From Fimbriimonadaceae bacterium (GTDB taxonomy: Bacteria; Armatimonadota; Fimbriimonadia; Fimbriimonadales; Fimbriimonadaceae): DNA of 51,365 bases. The notes beneath the pieces were generated by a model. It did not search any database, was not told the DNA's origin, and worked only from the letters and a program-made list of their open reading frames with translations. The position numbers and the translations under genes were made by a program. This document shows, piece after piece, positions 9,092 through 17,549 of this stretch. Location: positions 4,291 to 55,655 of the forward strand of contig JAPUDU010000206.1 in the NCBI GenBank assembly GCA_027492935.1, in the 5' to 3' direction. Within the stretch, counting starts at the first letter, position 1. Each line of letters starts with the position of its first letter.

Positions 9092-10858
9092 TTACTCTTG
9101 TTCTTCCTCTTTTGCCGGTTTTTCATTCAGTTGCTTCACCAAGTCACCATCAAAAAAGATTCGGATAAGCAACTCTTCCCCCGTCCATCGCACGCGTTCA
9201 TCAATCTCTTGTCCCGGCACCATCAACTCTTCAAAAAGCGTCTTGGTTCCTTGGTCATCGGTCACATCAATCCGAACAAGAACATCTGTCTTGCCCAAAT
9301 CAGCGGGAATCGTCATTTTCACCCGGTTTGTATGCCAATCCGAACTTCGCGTGCTTCCAACCCGCTTGTTGCCATTACTAACCTTCAAGCGAATCTTGGT
9401 AAATCGTTCAACTTTCTTGCGCGCTTCCGGAATCTGAGACACAATCTTCCCTTCATCCAGCTCCCTATCCCGAACCAAATCAATATCGGTGTCGTTAATC
9501 GGTAAATCCAACGACTCTGCCAGTTTCCTCGCTGCTTCCACGGTCAACCCTCTAAAGTCAGGCACCGCAACAAACTTCGACCCTCGGCTAACAATCGCCT
9601 CGATCCGCATTCCTTCCCGAATCTCTGCACTCGGCGCCGGATCCGTCTCAATAATTTCGCCATCAGCGTACTGTTCACTCGGATCGCGCCGGACTTCTCT
9701 CAGCTTCAATCCGAGCTTCTTCAAGTCACCACGAGCCTCTTCCACTTGCTTACCCACTAAGTTAGGGACAACCAAGGTTTTGGGCTTCTGCGAATTAAGA
9801 AAAACCCACCCACCAACGAAAATCATACACATTGCAGTGACAAAGTAAAACAACCACGCTAACCAAACCGGAATCCCATCACTTTTTTCCCGGCTCTTTT
9901 TAGTTTTTTCTTTTTTCTTCTTTTCAACCACTGCGTCTTGGGGTTCTCCATCAACCGCATTCAATGCCGGCGCAACATCATGCTCTTCAACCGTACTCAC
10001 CGCACCCTGAATCGGCCAGGTGATCTTCCGTCCAAATCGCAAAGCATCCTGCACCGCTGTCAAATCACTCAAAAGAGACTGCGCCGACCCGTACCGTTTC
10101 AATGGATTCTTATCCATGCACTTCTTGATAATCTCATCAAGCGCCATCGGAACCGTAGCCGCCACCATTCTCAACGAAGGATAAGGCTCGCTCGCATGCT
10201 TCGTTGCAATAGCTGCCGGAGTTTCGCCATAAAACGGAACTCGACCCACTAACACTTGCCAAAGCAAAACCCCAATCGAATAAATATCACTCTGAGCACT
10301 CGGCATATCTCCCGCTGAAATTTCCGGCGCTAAGTAAGGTGCCATCTGCGAGTGCACCGCCACCGCCAAGTTCTGATCCTGACTATAAGCCCGCCACATC
10401 CCCGGCAACAACAGTTTTGCTCCGTCATTGCTTGTCGAAAGTACAGTTCGCGGCGATATATCTCCGTGCACAATTTCCGAGCCATGCAAGGCTTTCAGGC
10501 CTTCACAAAGATCAATCGCCATTGCCACAGCCGCCGGAACACTCAAACTGGAAAGCCGCTTCAAACGACTATCTAAAACCGAACCTGGACTGTATTGATA
10601 ATCTAGGTAGAAACCGTTCGATTCCTGATGCGCAGACATCAATCTCTCAACCCCTGGATGATTCACCGATTTGAGTTTAAGAATCAGGCCATGAACCTGC
10701 CGCGAAAAATTATCCGAACGCGGCTCATTGCTAGAAATACCGCGCACAAAAAACTGCTTACTTGCCGAACTATCTTCAGCACGAAACAAATCAAAAACGG
10801 AATCCGATCCAAGCTCCTCAACGAGTTTGTATTGCCCCCCTACGACCTGACCAATCAC
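9092..10858 (-). CDS. PknB/PrkC-like kinase-TM-PASTA protein with degenerate catalytic motifs
   Basis: YLAPE, SDIYSIG, GRVPF kinase C-lobe; a TM helix; two PASTA repeats (VPNLVGK, VPDFRGL). HRD, DFG and VAxK are not conserved. Confidence 0.85.
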   Translation of the reverse strand: MIGQVVGGQYKLVEELGSDSVFDLFRAEDSSASKQFFVRGISSNEPRSDNFSRQVHGLILKLKSVNHPGVERLMSAHQESNGFYLDYQYSPGSVLDSRLKRLSSLSVPAAVAMAIDLCEGLKALHGSEIVHGDISPRTVLSTSNDGAKLLLPGMWRAYSQDQNLAVAVHSQMAPYLAPEISAGDMPSAQSDIYSIGVLLWQVLVGRVPFYGETPAAIATKHASEPYPSLRMVAATVPMALDEIIKKCMDKNPLKRYGSAQSLLSDLTAVQDALRFGRKITWPIQGAVSTVEEHDVAPALNAVDGEPQDAVVEKKKKEKTKKSREKSDGIPVWLAWLFYFVTAMCMIFVGGWVFLNSQKPKTLVVPNLVGKQVEEARGDLKKLGLKLREVRRDPSEQYADGEIIETDPAPSAEIREGMRIEAIVSRGSKFVAVPDFRGLTVEAARKLAESLDLPINDTDIDLVRDRELDEGKIVSQIPEARKKVERFTKIRLKVSNGNKRVGSTRSSDWHTNRVKMTIPADLGKTDVLVRIDVTDDQGTKTLFEELMVPGQEIDERVRWTGEELLIRIFFDGDLVKQLNEKPAKEEEQE

Positions 10859-11076
10859 GAAGCATCCACCTCATCATCAGTCTCCTTGCTTGGCACAAAA
10901 GCTAGCGCAACTGTTCCCAATAACAGCACCAACGCCAACATCGGAACGGGAGAACTTGATATCCGCGCCGCATAGCCTGCGGCATCCTGATTGAAGTATG
11001 CCGAAACCGACGCAAGGTAGCCGCCCGTTAACAAAACGCCCGTTACACCTGCCACGACTAACCTGATCAGTTCCAT
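10855..11076 (-). CDS. Small hypothetical two-TM protein
   Basis: Two hydrophobic segments; overlaps both neighbours. Confidence 0.6.
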   Translation of the reverse strand: MELIRLVVAGVTGVLLTGGYLASVSAYFNQDAAGYAARISSSPVPMLALVLLLGTVALAFVPSKETDDEVDAS

Positions 11077-12104
11077 AGGTCTGCCAAAATGCTCTTGACC
11101 CGTGTCGGATCAATTCCGTGCTCTAGTTTACACTCGCCCGGTACATTCACTAGACTCATGCTTAGTCCTTGACCAATATTCTTCTTATCACCCAGCATAT
11201 AGCCCACCAACCGATCCATGTCCACCGTGTCCTTTGGACGAACAGGAAGCCCATAGTATTCAAACATTTCAGCCACTGAATCTGGTTCCAGATCACTGAG
11301 CCCTAAACCTTTTGCAATCGCACTTTCGGCGACCATCCCAATCGCGATCGCTTGCCCATGAAGCAAATCCTGATAACCATCTAATGCCTCAAGCGCATGG
11401 CCAACCGTATGACCATAGTTCAAAATCGCCCGAACCCCGTTCCTTTCTTCAAAATCAGCCTCAACCACATCCCGCTTAATCTCAATACACCGTTGAATAA
11501 CCCTTTCAAGCGGTTCAGAGTCAACCGTCAAAACCTTACTCCTCAACAGATCAAGCAATGACGTATCCCAAATCCAGCCATATTTAATGACCTCCGCCAT
11601 GCCGTTAACAAAGTGTTCAATCGGCAAGGTTCTTAAGGCGTCAATCGCAACTTGCACTGATAGCGGATTCTTAAATGCTCCCAGCAGGTTCTTACCTTCC
11701 GGAAGATCAATCCCAACCTTCCCACCAACCGAACTATCAACCATCGCAAGCAACGAAGTGGGAACCTGTACAAAATCAACCCCTCGATGAACAGTTGAAG
11801 CCACAAAACCAGACAGATCCCCAACCACCCCACCCCCGACGCCAAAGATGCGCCCATTACGCTTCAAACCCGCCGAAAACACCTGCGAAACCACCGCCTC
11901 ATAATTAGCAAAAGATTTACTCGATTCTCCTGCCGAAATCACAATTAAGCTACCCTCGACTTCCTGCAACGCAGGATAGTGCCGCACCAAGTTATCATCC
12001 GTAATCACAATATCACCTGGCCTTACCATGTCCAATGCAAAGTTCAAATCAGAAAACTGCACTTCGTACCGCGATTCATTTGCAGATGTTTTCACCCAAA
12101 TCAT
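11067..12104 (-). CDS. aroB: 3-dehydroquinate synthase
   Basis: GGGVVGDL, VPTSLLAMVDSSVGGK, LNYGHTVGHALE. Confidence 0.96.
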   Translation of the reverse strand: MIWVKTSANESRYEVQFSDLNFALDMVRPGDIVITDDNLVRHYPALQEVEGSLIVISAGESSKSFANYEAVVSQVFSAGLKRNGRIFGVGGGVVGDLSGFVASTVHRGVDFVQVPTSLLAMVDSSVGGKVGIDLPEGKNLLGAFKNPLSVQVAIDALRTLPIEHFVNGMAEVIKYGWIWDTSLLDLLRSKVLTVDSEPLERVIQRCIEIKRDVVEADFEERNGVRAILNYGHTVGHALEALDGYQDLLHGQAIAIGMVAESAIAKGLGLSDLEPDSVAEMFEYYGLPVRPKDTVDMDRLVGYMLGDKKNIGQGLSMSLVNVPGECKLEHGIDPTRVKSILADLWN

Positions 12105-12607
12105 GCTTGCAATGCCTCATAAATTTTATTAGCCACGTATTCTATTGGTTGCTCATCAATCACAACCCGAACATCTGCTTTCTCATACAGCGGCCGCCGA
12201 AATTCATACAATTCCCGCAGTTTGTCTGTCCAATTATCCGTTTGCAGAAGCGGACGCTTCCGATTTGAAACCTCAAGACGCTGGGCTAACAACTCAACCG
12301 GCACATCCAAAAACACCACCCGACCTAGCCGCTTAAACTGCACCCAATTCTCATCAAGAAGCACAATTCCGCCTCCTGTAGCCAACACACGCTGTTCCGG
12401 CTCGAGAGAATACAGCACCGATGTTTCATGCGGCAGTAATGACGTCTCTGCGTACAACTTACACAGTTGAGGGATTTGCCGCCCTAATCGGTGCTCCAGC
12501 ATCATATCCGTATCTTGAAATGGATAATCAAGCAAATCAGCTAAAGCCCGACCTACCGTGCTTTTTCCGCTGCCCATCATTCCAACCAAGATCACTCCCG
12601 AGTTCAT
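12101..12607 (-). CDS. aroK: Shikimate kinase (GExxFRxxE motif altered)
   Basis: GMMGSGKS, DTD, LATGGG, KRPLL, RRPLY. Confidence 0.9.
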   Translation of the reverse strand: MNSGVILVGMMGSGKSTVGRALADLLDYPFQDTDMMLEHRLGRQIPQLCKLYAETSLLPHETSVLYSLEPEQRVLATGGGIVLLDENWVQFKRLGRVVFLDVPVELLAQRLEVSNRKRPLLQTDNWTDKLRELYEFRRPLYEKADVRVVIDEQPIEYVANKIYEALQA

Positions 12608-12621
12608 TACTTACCTTATAT

Positions 12622-12659
12622 GAAAAAGACAGCGGCAACCAAAATGGCTACCGCTGTCT
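12622..12659 (-). terminator. Intrinsic terminator after the secretin gene
   Basis: Minus strand GACAGCGGTAGCCA-TTT-TGGTTGCCGCTGTC-TTTTT. Confidence 0.8.
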
Positions 12660-12682
12660 GCGTTGTACAGCAACTACTGAGT

Positions 12683-14326
12683 CTACGGAATTCCGAGACC
12701 AGGCGTACCTTCGTCAACAATCTTCGGAGTTACGAAGACGATCAACTCAGTGGAGCTTTGTGTTGTAGTTTTCTTTCGGAACAATTGACCGATAACTGGC
12801 AAGTCACTAAGCAACGGAATTCGTTGTTGAGTGAACGTATCTTGCTTAGCTGTCAATCCACCAAGTGCAACTGTTTCGCCATCCTTAACCCGAATTGCAA
12901 CGCTAAGCGTTTGGAATGTGGTTTCAGGGAACGATTGTCCATCCGGGCTGGTTCGGAAACCAGTGATGTTGGTGATGTTCGGGTTCAACGTCATCGTAAT
13001 GGTGTTGTCACCATTGATGCGCGGGCGAACAGCCAAGTTGGATGTCAAGTTGATGGGGATCGGCTGAGTGGTCGTGTTTGTCGTACCACCCGAGGTAACG
13101 ATGTTATTCGTAACAAAGACGAATGTTGTCGTACCGGCAGAGACTGAAGCGGACTGGTTGTTCATCGTTCGAACAACCGGAGCCGTTACAACTCGACCAT
13201 TGTTATCTGACAACAACGTGCGCAATCGCATCGAAACGTTACCAGTCGCATAGTTCAAGAAGACAGGGTCAGCAGAACTTGCAAATCGACCTGGAGCAAC
13301 ACCAGCAAAGACGCCGCCGCGCTCGTAGTTCCAGTCAATACCAAAGCTCTTATCAATGTTTCGAGTCGTGGTTACAAATTCAACCTTAACCGTAACTTGC
13401 TTTGGTGCCTTGTCAATTCGTGAAAGAATGTCCAGCAACTCTTGATAAGCTTGGCTCGTGCCGCGGAAAATCAACTCGTTAGTTGCAGGGTTGTAAGTCA
13501 AATCTTGAGTTCCAGCCGGAAGAAGACCTTGACCGCCAGCGTTCGCACCAGAAATGCTTGCACCGCCACCGTTTTGTCCACCACCGCCGGTATTTTGACC
13601 GCCACCACCTAAGTTTTGACCACCACCGCCGTTCGGGCCACCACCAGCGCCACCAGGCTGACCGCCGCCACCGCCACGTTGACTAGATTCGCCGCCAGGG
13701 AGAACCAAGCCGGAACCAGCGCCAGCAGAACCATTGTTACCCACGAAGTCTCGTGTTACAGGATCAAGTCTATTCTGATCAACAAATTGATTAGGGGAAC
13801 CCAGAATTCCTTGAGTGCTCATCACTTGAGGAACTGAGAGTTGCTTAAGATCGTTCATCTCTCGATAATCTCGATCCGGATCGCTCACGCGACCATCAAG
13901 CAACAATTCAAGAATTGTGCGAGGATCAGCTTGCTGAACCTTAATCTCTCGGAAGATCACTTTATCTGGCTCAATCGCCGCGGTCGCAGCTTGAGGATCT
14001 CGCTTCGCACCAAACTTAATGACATAAACGCCATCTTCACTTCGCTCTGCATAACCACCAGCGGCTTGGCAAAGATACATGATCGCCTTTTCAGCGGTCA
14101 CATCGTCAAGTGACAAGTTGATTTTTGCAAATTGATTTTCACCCGGAACGAGAACAAATTGAAGTCCCGTTTGGTGTGACAGAAGCCGAGTTGCGGTGAG
14201 CAAGTCTGCATCCTTCAAGTAGAGATCAACCTTTGTCTGCAGCGCATTTTGTTGCGCAAAGGACATTGCTGATACGGCACCAAGGCTCACTACCAGAATC
14301 GATTTTTTAACCCAGTTCATTTTCAT
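12683..14326 (-). CDS. pilQ: Secretin (PilQ/GspD family) with Gly-rich insertion
   Basis: Signal peptide; STN-like N-domain; IDKAPKQVTVKVEFV; VKDGETVALGGL, RIPLLSDLPVIGQLFR, ELIVFVTPKIV. Confidence 0.9.
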   Translation of the reverse strand: MKMNWVKKSILVVSLGAVSAMSFAQQNALQTKVDLYLKDADLLTATRLLSHQTGLQFVLVPGENQFAKINLSLDDVTAEKAIMYLCQAAGGYAERSEDGVYVIKFGAKRDPQAATAAIEPDKVIFREIKVQQADPRTILELLLDGRVSDPDRDYREMNDLKQLSVPQVMSTQGILGSPNQFVDQNRLDPVTRDFVGNNGSAGAGSGLVLPGGESSQRGGGGGQPGGAGGGPNGGGGQNLGGGGQNTGGGGQNGGGASISGANAGGQGLLPAGTQDLTYNPATNELIFRGTSQAYQELLDILSRIDKAPKQVTVKVEFVTTTRNIDKSFGIDWNYERGGVFAGVAPGRFASSADPVFLNYATGNVSMRLRTLLSDNNGRVVTAPVVRTMNNQSASVSAGTTTFVFVTNNIVTSGGTTNTTTQPIPINLTSNLAVRPRINGDNTITMTLNPNITNITGFRTSPDGQSFPETTFQTLSVAIRVKDGETVALGGLTAKQDTFTQQRIPLLSDLPVIGQLFRKKTTTQSSTELIVFVTPKIVDEGTPGLGIP

Positions 14327-14356
14327 TAATTCCTCCTCAAAAACCCTAGCTGGCTA

Positions 14357-15028
14357 TTATCGGCCACCACCGAAGCCGCCACCGCCGCCGCTTCCACCGA
14401 AGCCGCCGCCGAAGCCACCGCTTCCGCCGAAGCCACCGCTTCCACCAAAGCCGCCACTACCGCCGAAGCCGCCACTTCCACCGAAGCCGCCGCCGCCACC
14501 GAAGCCGCCGCCTCTTCCACCAAAACCACCACCGTTGGATACAACAGGAACGGAGCTGGTTTCAGGCTCATCGCTGAAGTTAGCTTGGTCAAGCAAAATG
14601 TTCAAAATAAGCTGAGGATCATTCAAAAGGATGATCGGAGGAAAGAACTCTGATGCTTGGCTAGTGTTGCCGAGATCAGGAGTGGTTCCAGTTGCAGCTG
14701 TAGGATCAGGCTTGCGAATAACGTTGAAGATGTTCCCTTCTTCTCTCCAAGTCGCATCTACCTGCGTCAAGATTCCGCGCAACGCTGTCTTGAACGGTAC
14801 GTTCTTAAGTGATACGGTAATAACACCTTGCACATCTGGGGCAACGGTGTAATTGAGCGAAGTCGAGCGGAAAAGCACTTTGAGCGCATCCCGGATGTCT
14901 GCTTGATCCAATTCAATTGACTCAATGACTACATTGTTCGGATCTTGTTGGGCCTTTACTTCAGCTGGAGCAATAAACAGCCCCACTGCGAATAAAAGCG
15001 TCAATGCTGCACTTACGGTCTTCTTCAT
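14357..15028 (-). CDS. Secreted stand-alone secretin N-domain (STN/N0-like) protein with Gly/Phe repeat tail
   Basis: Signal peptide; IELDQADIRDALKVLF...YTVAPDVQGVITVSLKNVPFKTALRGIL; no secretin barrel. ATG at 15028 follows GAGGAA. Confidence 0.8.
   Translation of the reverse strand: MKKTVSAALTLLFAVGLFIAPAEVKAQQDPNNVVIESIELDQADIRDALKVLFRSTSLNYTVAPDVQGVITVSLKNVPFKTALRGILTQVDATWREEGNIFNVIRKPDPTAATGTTPDLGNTSQASEFFPPIILLNDPQLILNILLDQANFSDEPETSSVPVVSNGGGFGGRGGGFGGGGGFGGSGGFGGSGGFGGSGGFGGSGGFGGGFGGSGGGGGFGGGR
14363..14533 (-). repeat. Coding Gly-Phe repeat with an 18-bp core unit encoding GGFGGS
   Basis: Nine FG dipeptides in GGGFGGRGGGFGGGGGF(GGSGGF)4GGGFGGSGGGGGFGGGR. Confidence 0.9.
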
Positions 15029-15103
15029 GTTATGGTTCCTCAACGATACCTTGATCTTTGTCCTAATTTCTTCCTTTCAATTCAAAAGCGCATTCACGCT
15101 TGA

Positions 15104-15829
15104 TTACTTGTCATCACCGTCACCCGGTCGACCAGCCCCACCTCTTCCAGTTGGTGGGCCATTTCCTGGTTGTCCAGCTCCACGACCACCTCCGCTAGCC
15201 GGAGCGTTTCCACCACCGACAGCACCAGGCAAGCCGCCCTGAAGCGGAACAACAATTTCGCTCGGTAGCCGTCGTGGGTCGCGTCGAAATACTGCTTTTT
15301 CAGCATCAATCGAAACGCATCGCCACTCCGTACCCTCTACCATTTGACCAGGAACAATAGTGTCTGTTCGCGTCCCTTGATCTAGCAAAGCAATAACTGC
15401 GCCTTCGCTAACCACGATCCCAGCAAGTCGCCAAGCTGGAGCCGGGAATGTTTGCGGAATTGCAGTTTCCGGAAGTTCATCCGGCAATTCAAACTCCTGT
15501 GACCAACCACCCGATTCGCTCATAATGCGCTCAAGGGTTTGAGACTGGTCAAATTTACGCTCCGAAGCCAAGAGAGCAAACGCTTCGCTTCTTCGCGAAT
15601 ACCATGACCGATTATTGGCCATGTCCAAAACCGTATCCATGTCCTTGTGAACATCTTCCGGCTTCAGTGCTACGCCAGCTTCAGCTTCAGGCACATAAAG
15701 TTCTCTGACCTTATTATCAACCTGACCCTGCGGCATTGCCGTAGCGACGAGAGGATCAGTCTTACATCCAACCAGAAAAACTGTTGCCAAGCCGCAAGCG
15801 AGCAATAAACTTGTTTGAGTTCGATTCAT
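15104..15829 (-). CDS. PilP-like lipoprotein
   Basis: Start reassigned to MNRTQ (15829); lipobox LVGC; PilP/GspC-like WRLAGIV...IALL...IVPGQMV...CVSIDAEKAVF; position between pilO-like and secretin genes. Confidence 0.7.
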   Translation of the reverse strand: MNRTQTSLLLACGLATVFLVGCKTDPLVATAMPQGQVDNKVRELYVPEAEAGVALKPEDVHKDMDTVLDMANNRSWYSRRSEAFALLASERKFDQSQTLERIMSESGGWSQEFELPDELPETAIPQTFPAPAWRLAGIVVSEGAVIALLDQGTRTDTIVPGQMVEGTEWRCVSIDAEKAVFRRDPRRLPSEIVVPLQGGLPGAVGGGNAPASGGGRGAGQPGNGPPTGRGGAGRPGDGDDK

Positions 15830-15851
15830 TTTCGTTTCTCTTTTAATAAGA

Positions 15852-16682
15852 CTAATCATCTCCGGCTCCCCGTCCCGGACCAGCTCCAGGAGTGGGCCGC
15901 AAACCAGAGCCAGCCGGCGGAACAGCACCAGGCGCTGCTCCCGGAACAGCACCCGCAGGGGCAACCGCACCAGCCGGAGTTGTCGCCGCCACGGCTTTCT
16001 GCCGCGCCATTTCAACCGGAGCACCAATCTTCTTACCTCTAACAAAGGCCACCAACGTAACGTTGTACGTAGCAGTCAAGTCAGGGGCAGTACCCGTAAT
16101 AATCAAGCCATCGGCAACCGCTAAATAATTCGGCATCCTACTCCATGCTCGGATGTTTTCCGAAATTTCAGAGAAACTTCCTCGAACAGTGACTTGCCCT
16201 AAGTCAAAAATGGCTACCGGATAAGCCCTGACCGGATAGTTGTAATAGCTCGACAAAATTGTTTCCGGATCGTCCGTCGGAGCAGGCACCGAAGCGCCCT
16301 GAACGACCGTGACGCCGCCGACCTTAAGCTGTCTGTTAACGGATCGCTGAACACTATCACGGAACATGATGGAGTCAACTGTTAAGTTGTAAGGATTAAC
16401 GGAAACGTTGATACCGCCAGCTGCAACACTCGAAGGAGGAGTTTTGCGAGCAACTGTCTGCTGCCACTTATCGCTTGTTTCCTTAACAAGTGCTTTTGCA
16501 TTCTCAACACGCTTTACTGCTGCAGGCATCTTTCGGCCCTCGGCATCAAGCTTTTCACCCCAAGCCTTATAAGTCGCAGCATCGCGAGTATTTGGCAAGA
16601 AGTTCTGGAAGAATCCGTATGACAACGCAATCACTGCGACCATCAAACCCAAGAGGAAAATTGAAATTGGAGAGAGTTTCAT
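15852..16682 (-). CDS. PilO-like inner membrane protein
   Basis: N-terminal TM, coiled coil, VTVRGSFSEISENIRAWSRMP; position after pilN-like gene. Confidence 0.65.
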   Translation of the reverse strand: MKLSPISIFLLGLMVAVIALSYGFFQNFLPNTRDAATYKAWGEKLDAEGRKMPAAVKRVENAKALVKETSDKWQQTVARKTPPSSVAAGGINVSVNPYNLTVDSIMFRDSVQRSVNRQLKVGGVTVVQGASVPAPTDDPETILSSYYNYPVRAYPVAIFDLGQVTVRGSFSEISENIRAWSRMPNYLAVADGLIITGTAPDLTATYNVTLVAFVRGKKIGAPVEMARQKAVAATTPAGAVAPAGAVPGAAPGAVPPAGSGLRPTPGAGPGRGAGDD

Positions 16683-16693
16683 CGTCGTAATCC

Positions 16694-17536
16694 TTACCTT
16701 CCGCGAGTAGCCTGTCCTGGAACACTACCAAATCCGTTAGGTGGCGCTGTAGCACCTGCCCCGGCATCACCGCCAGAAGCGATTGTTGCCCGTGGATCGG
16801 GAGTTCGAATATCGTCAGCCAAAACGACCGTCATGGTCACCTGGTTGTAGCCCGGCATTGCACCGCGAGCCGTTGTTGTAGCAGAACCAAAATTACCTTC
16901 ATCCAAAAAGCCCCGAGGCTCTTCAGCTGCATTGGCAATCATCTGCTCCATTCGCTCAAGCGGATCAGTTGGCAAAGGTGTCTGACCTGCGCGAATTGGC
17001 AAACCGGTTTGGTCAGCCTCAGTTAGCGCCGGAACCGCCGCGTTGTCCAATTGGTAACCCGCACGGGTAACCGCGGTTGCATTCGGAATTTTCCAAAGCG
17101 CGATTGAAAGGTCGGCATATTGTCGGAAAGATTGAATGTAACCTGTCAACGTTACAGTCGTCGACGATTCAGAAGCCGGAGATGCTGAAATCGAATCAAG
17201 ACGATAGTAAGCCGGAACATGGCTCAACACCTTCGCATACAAATCAACATATTTGCGATTGTGATCAATCATTGATTCCGAAAGCTTTTGGTTGCGATCA
17301 ATAACCGTCGCCTCTGCAATTTGTGCATCAGCATGATCCGCGGTCACTTTCGCATCCGCTGCAAGCTTCATTTTGCTTTCCGCATCCGTCTTGGCCGCAT
17401 TAAGAGCACCTTGACCCGCAATGGTCAGGCCGACCATCCCAAGAACGCCTGCTAACGCAAGCGCGCCTGCAACGACCCACATGCCCTTTGCGGCACCTGC
17501 CTTTGATACGCTGGTTGGTAGTAAGTTAAGTTTCAT
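16694..17536 (-). CDS. PilN-like protein
   Basis: N-terminal LNLLP PilM-binding motif, then TM and coiled coil; follows pilM. Confidence 0.75.
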   Translation of the reverse strand: MKLNLLPTSVSKAGAAKGMWVVAGALALAGVLGMVGLTIAGQGALNAAKTDAESKMKLAADAKVTADHADAQIAEATVIDRNQKLSESMIDHNRKYVDLYAKVLSHVPAYYRLDSISASPASESSTTVTLTGYIQSFRQYADLSIALWKIPNATAVTRAGYQLDNAAVPALTEADQTGLPIRAGQTPLPTDPLERMEQMIANAAEEPRGFLDEGNFGSATTTARGAMPGYNQVTMTVVLADDIRTPDPRATIASGGDAGAGATAPPNGFGSVPGQATRGR

Positions 17537-17549
17537 TCAGTCGTTCTTC

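Noticed and set aside
14357-14540. Possible CRISPR or non-coding repeat array
   Set aside because: Units are in-frame 18-bp coding repeats with synonymous variation and no spacers. No cas genes or CRISPR arrays were seen in the window.
14326-14592. 88-aa Ala-rich ORF (EAAASVAAAAS...)
   Set aside because: It is an alternative frame of the Gly-Phe repeat in the STN-domain gene.
15830-16045. N-terminal extension of the PilP-like ORF in the track
   Set aside because: It overlaps the pilO-like gene; the lipoprotein signal begins at ATG 15829.
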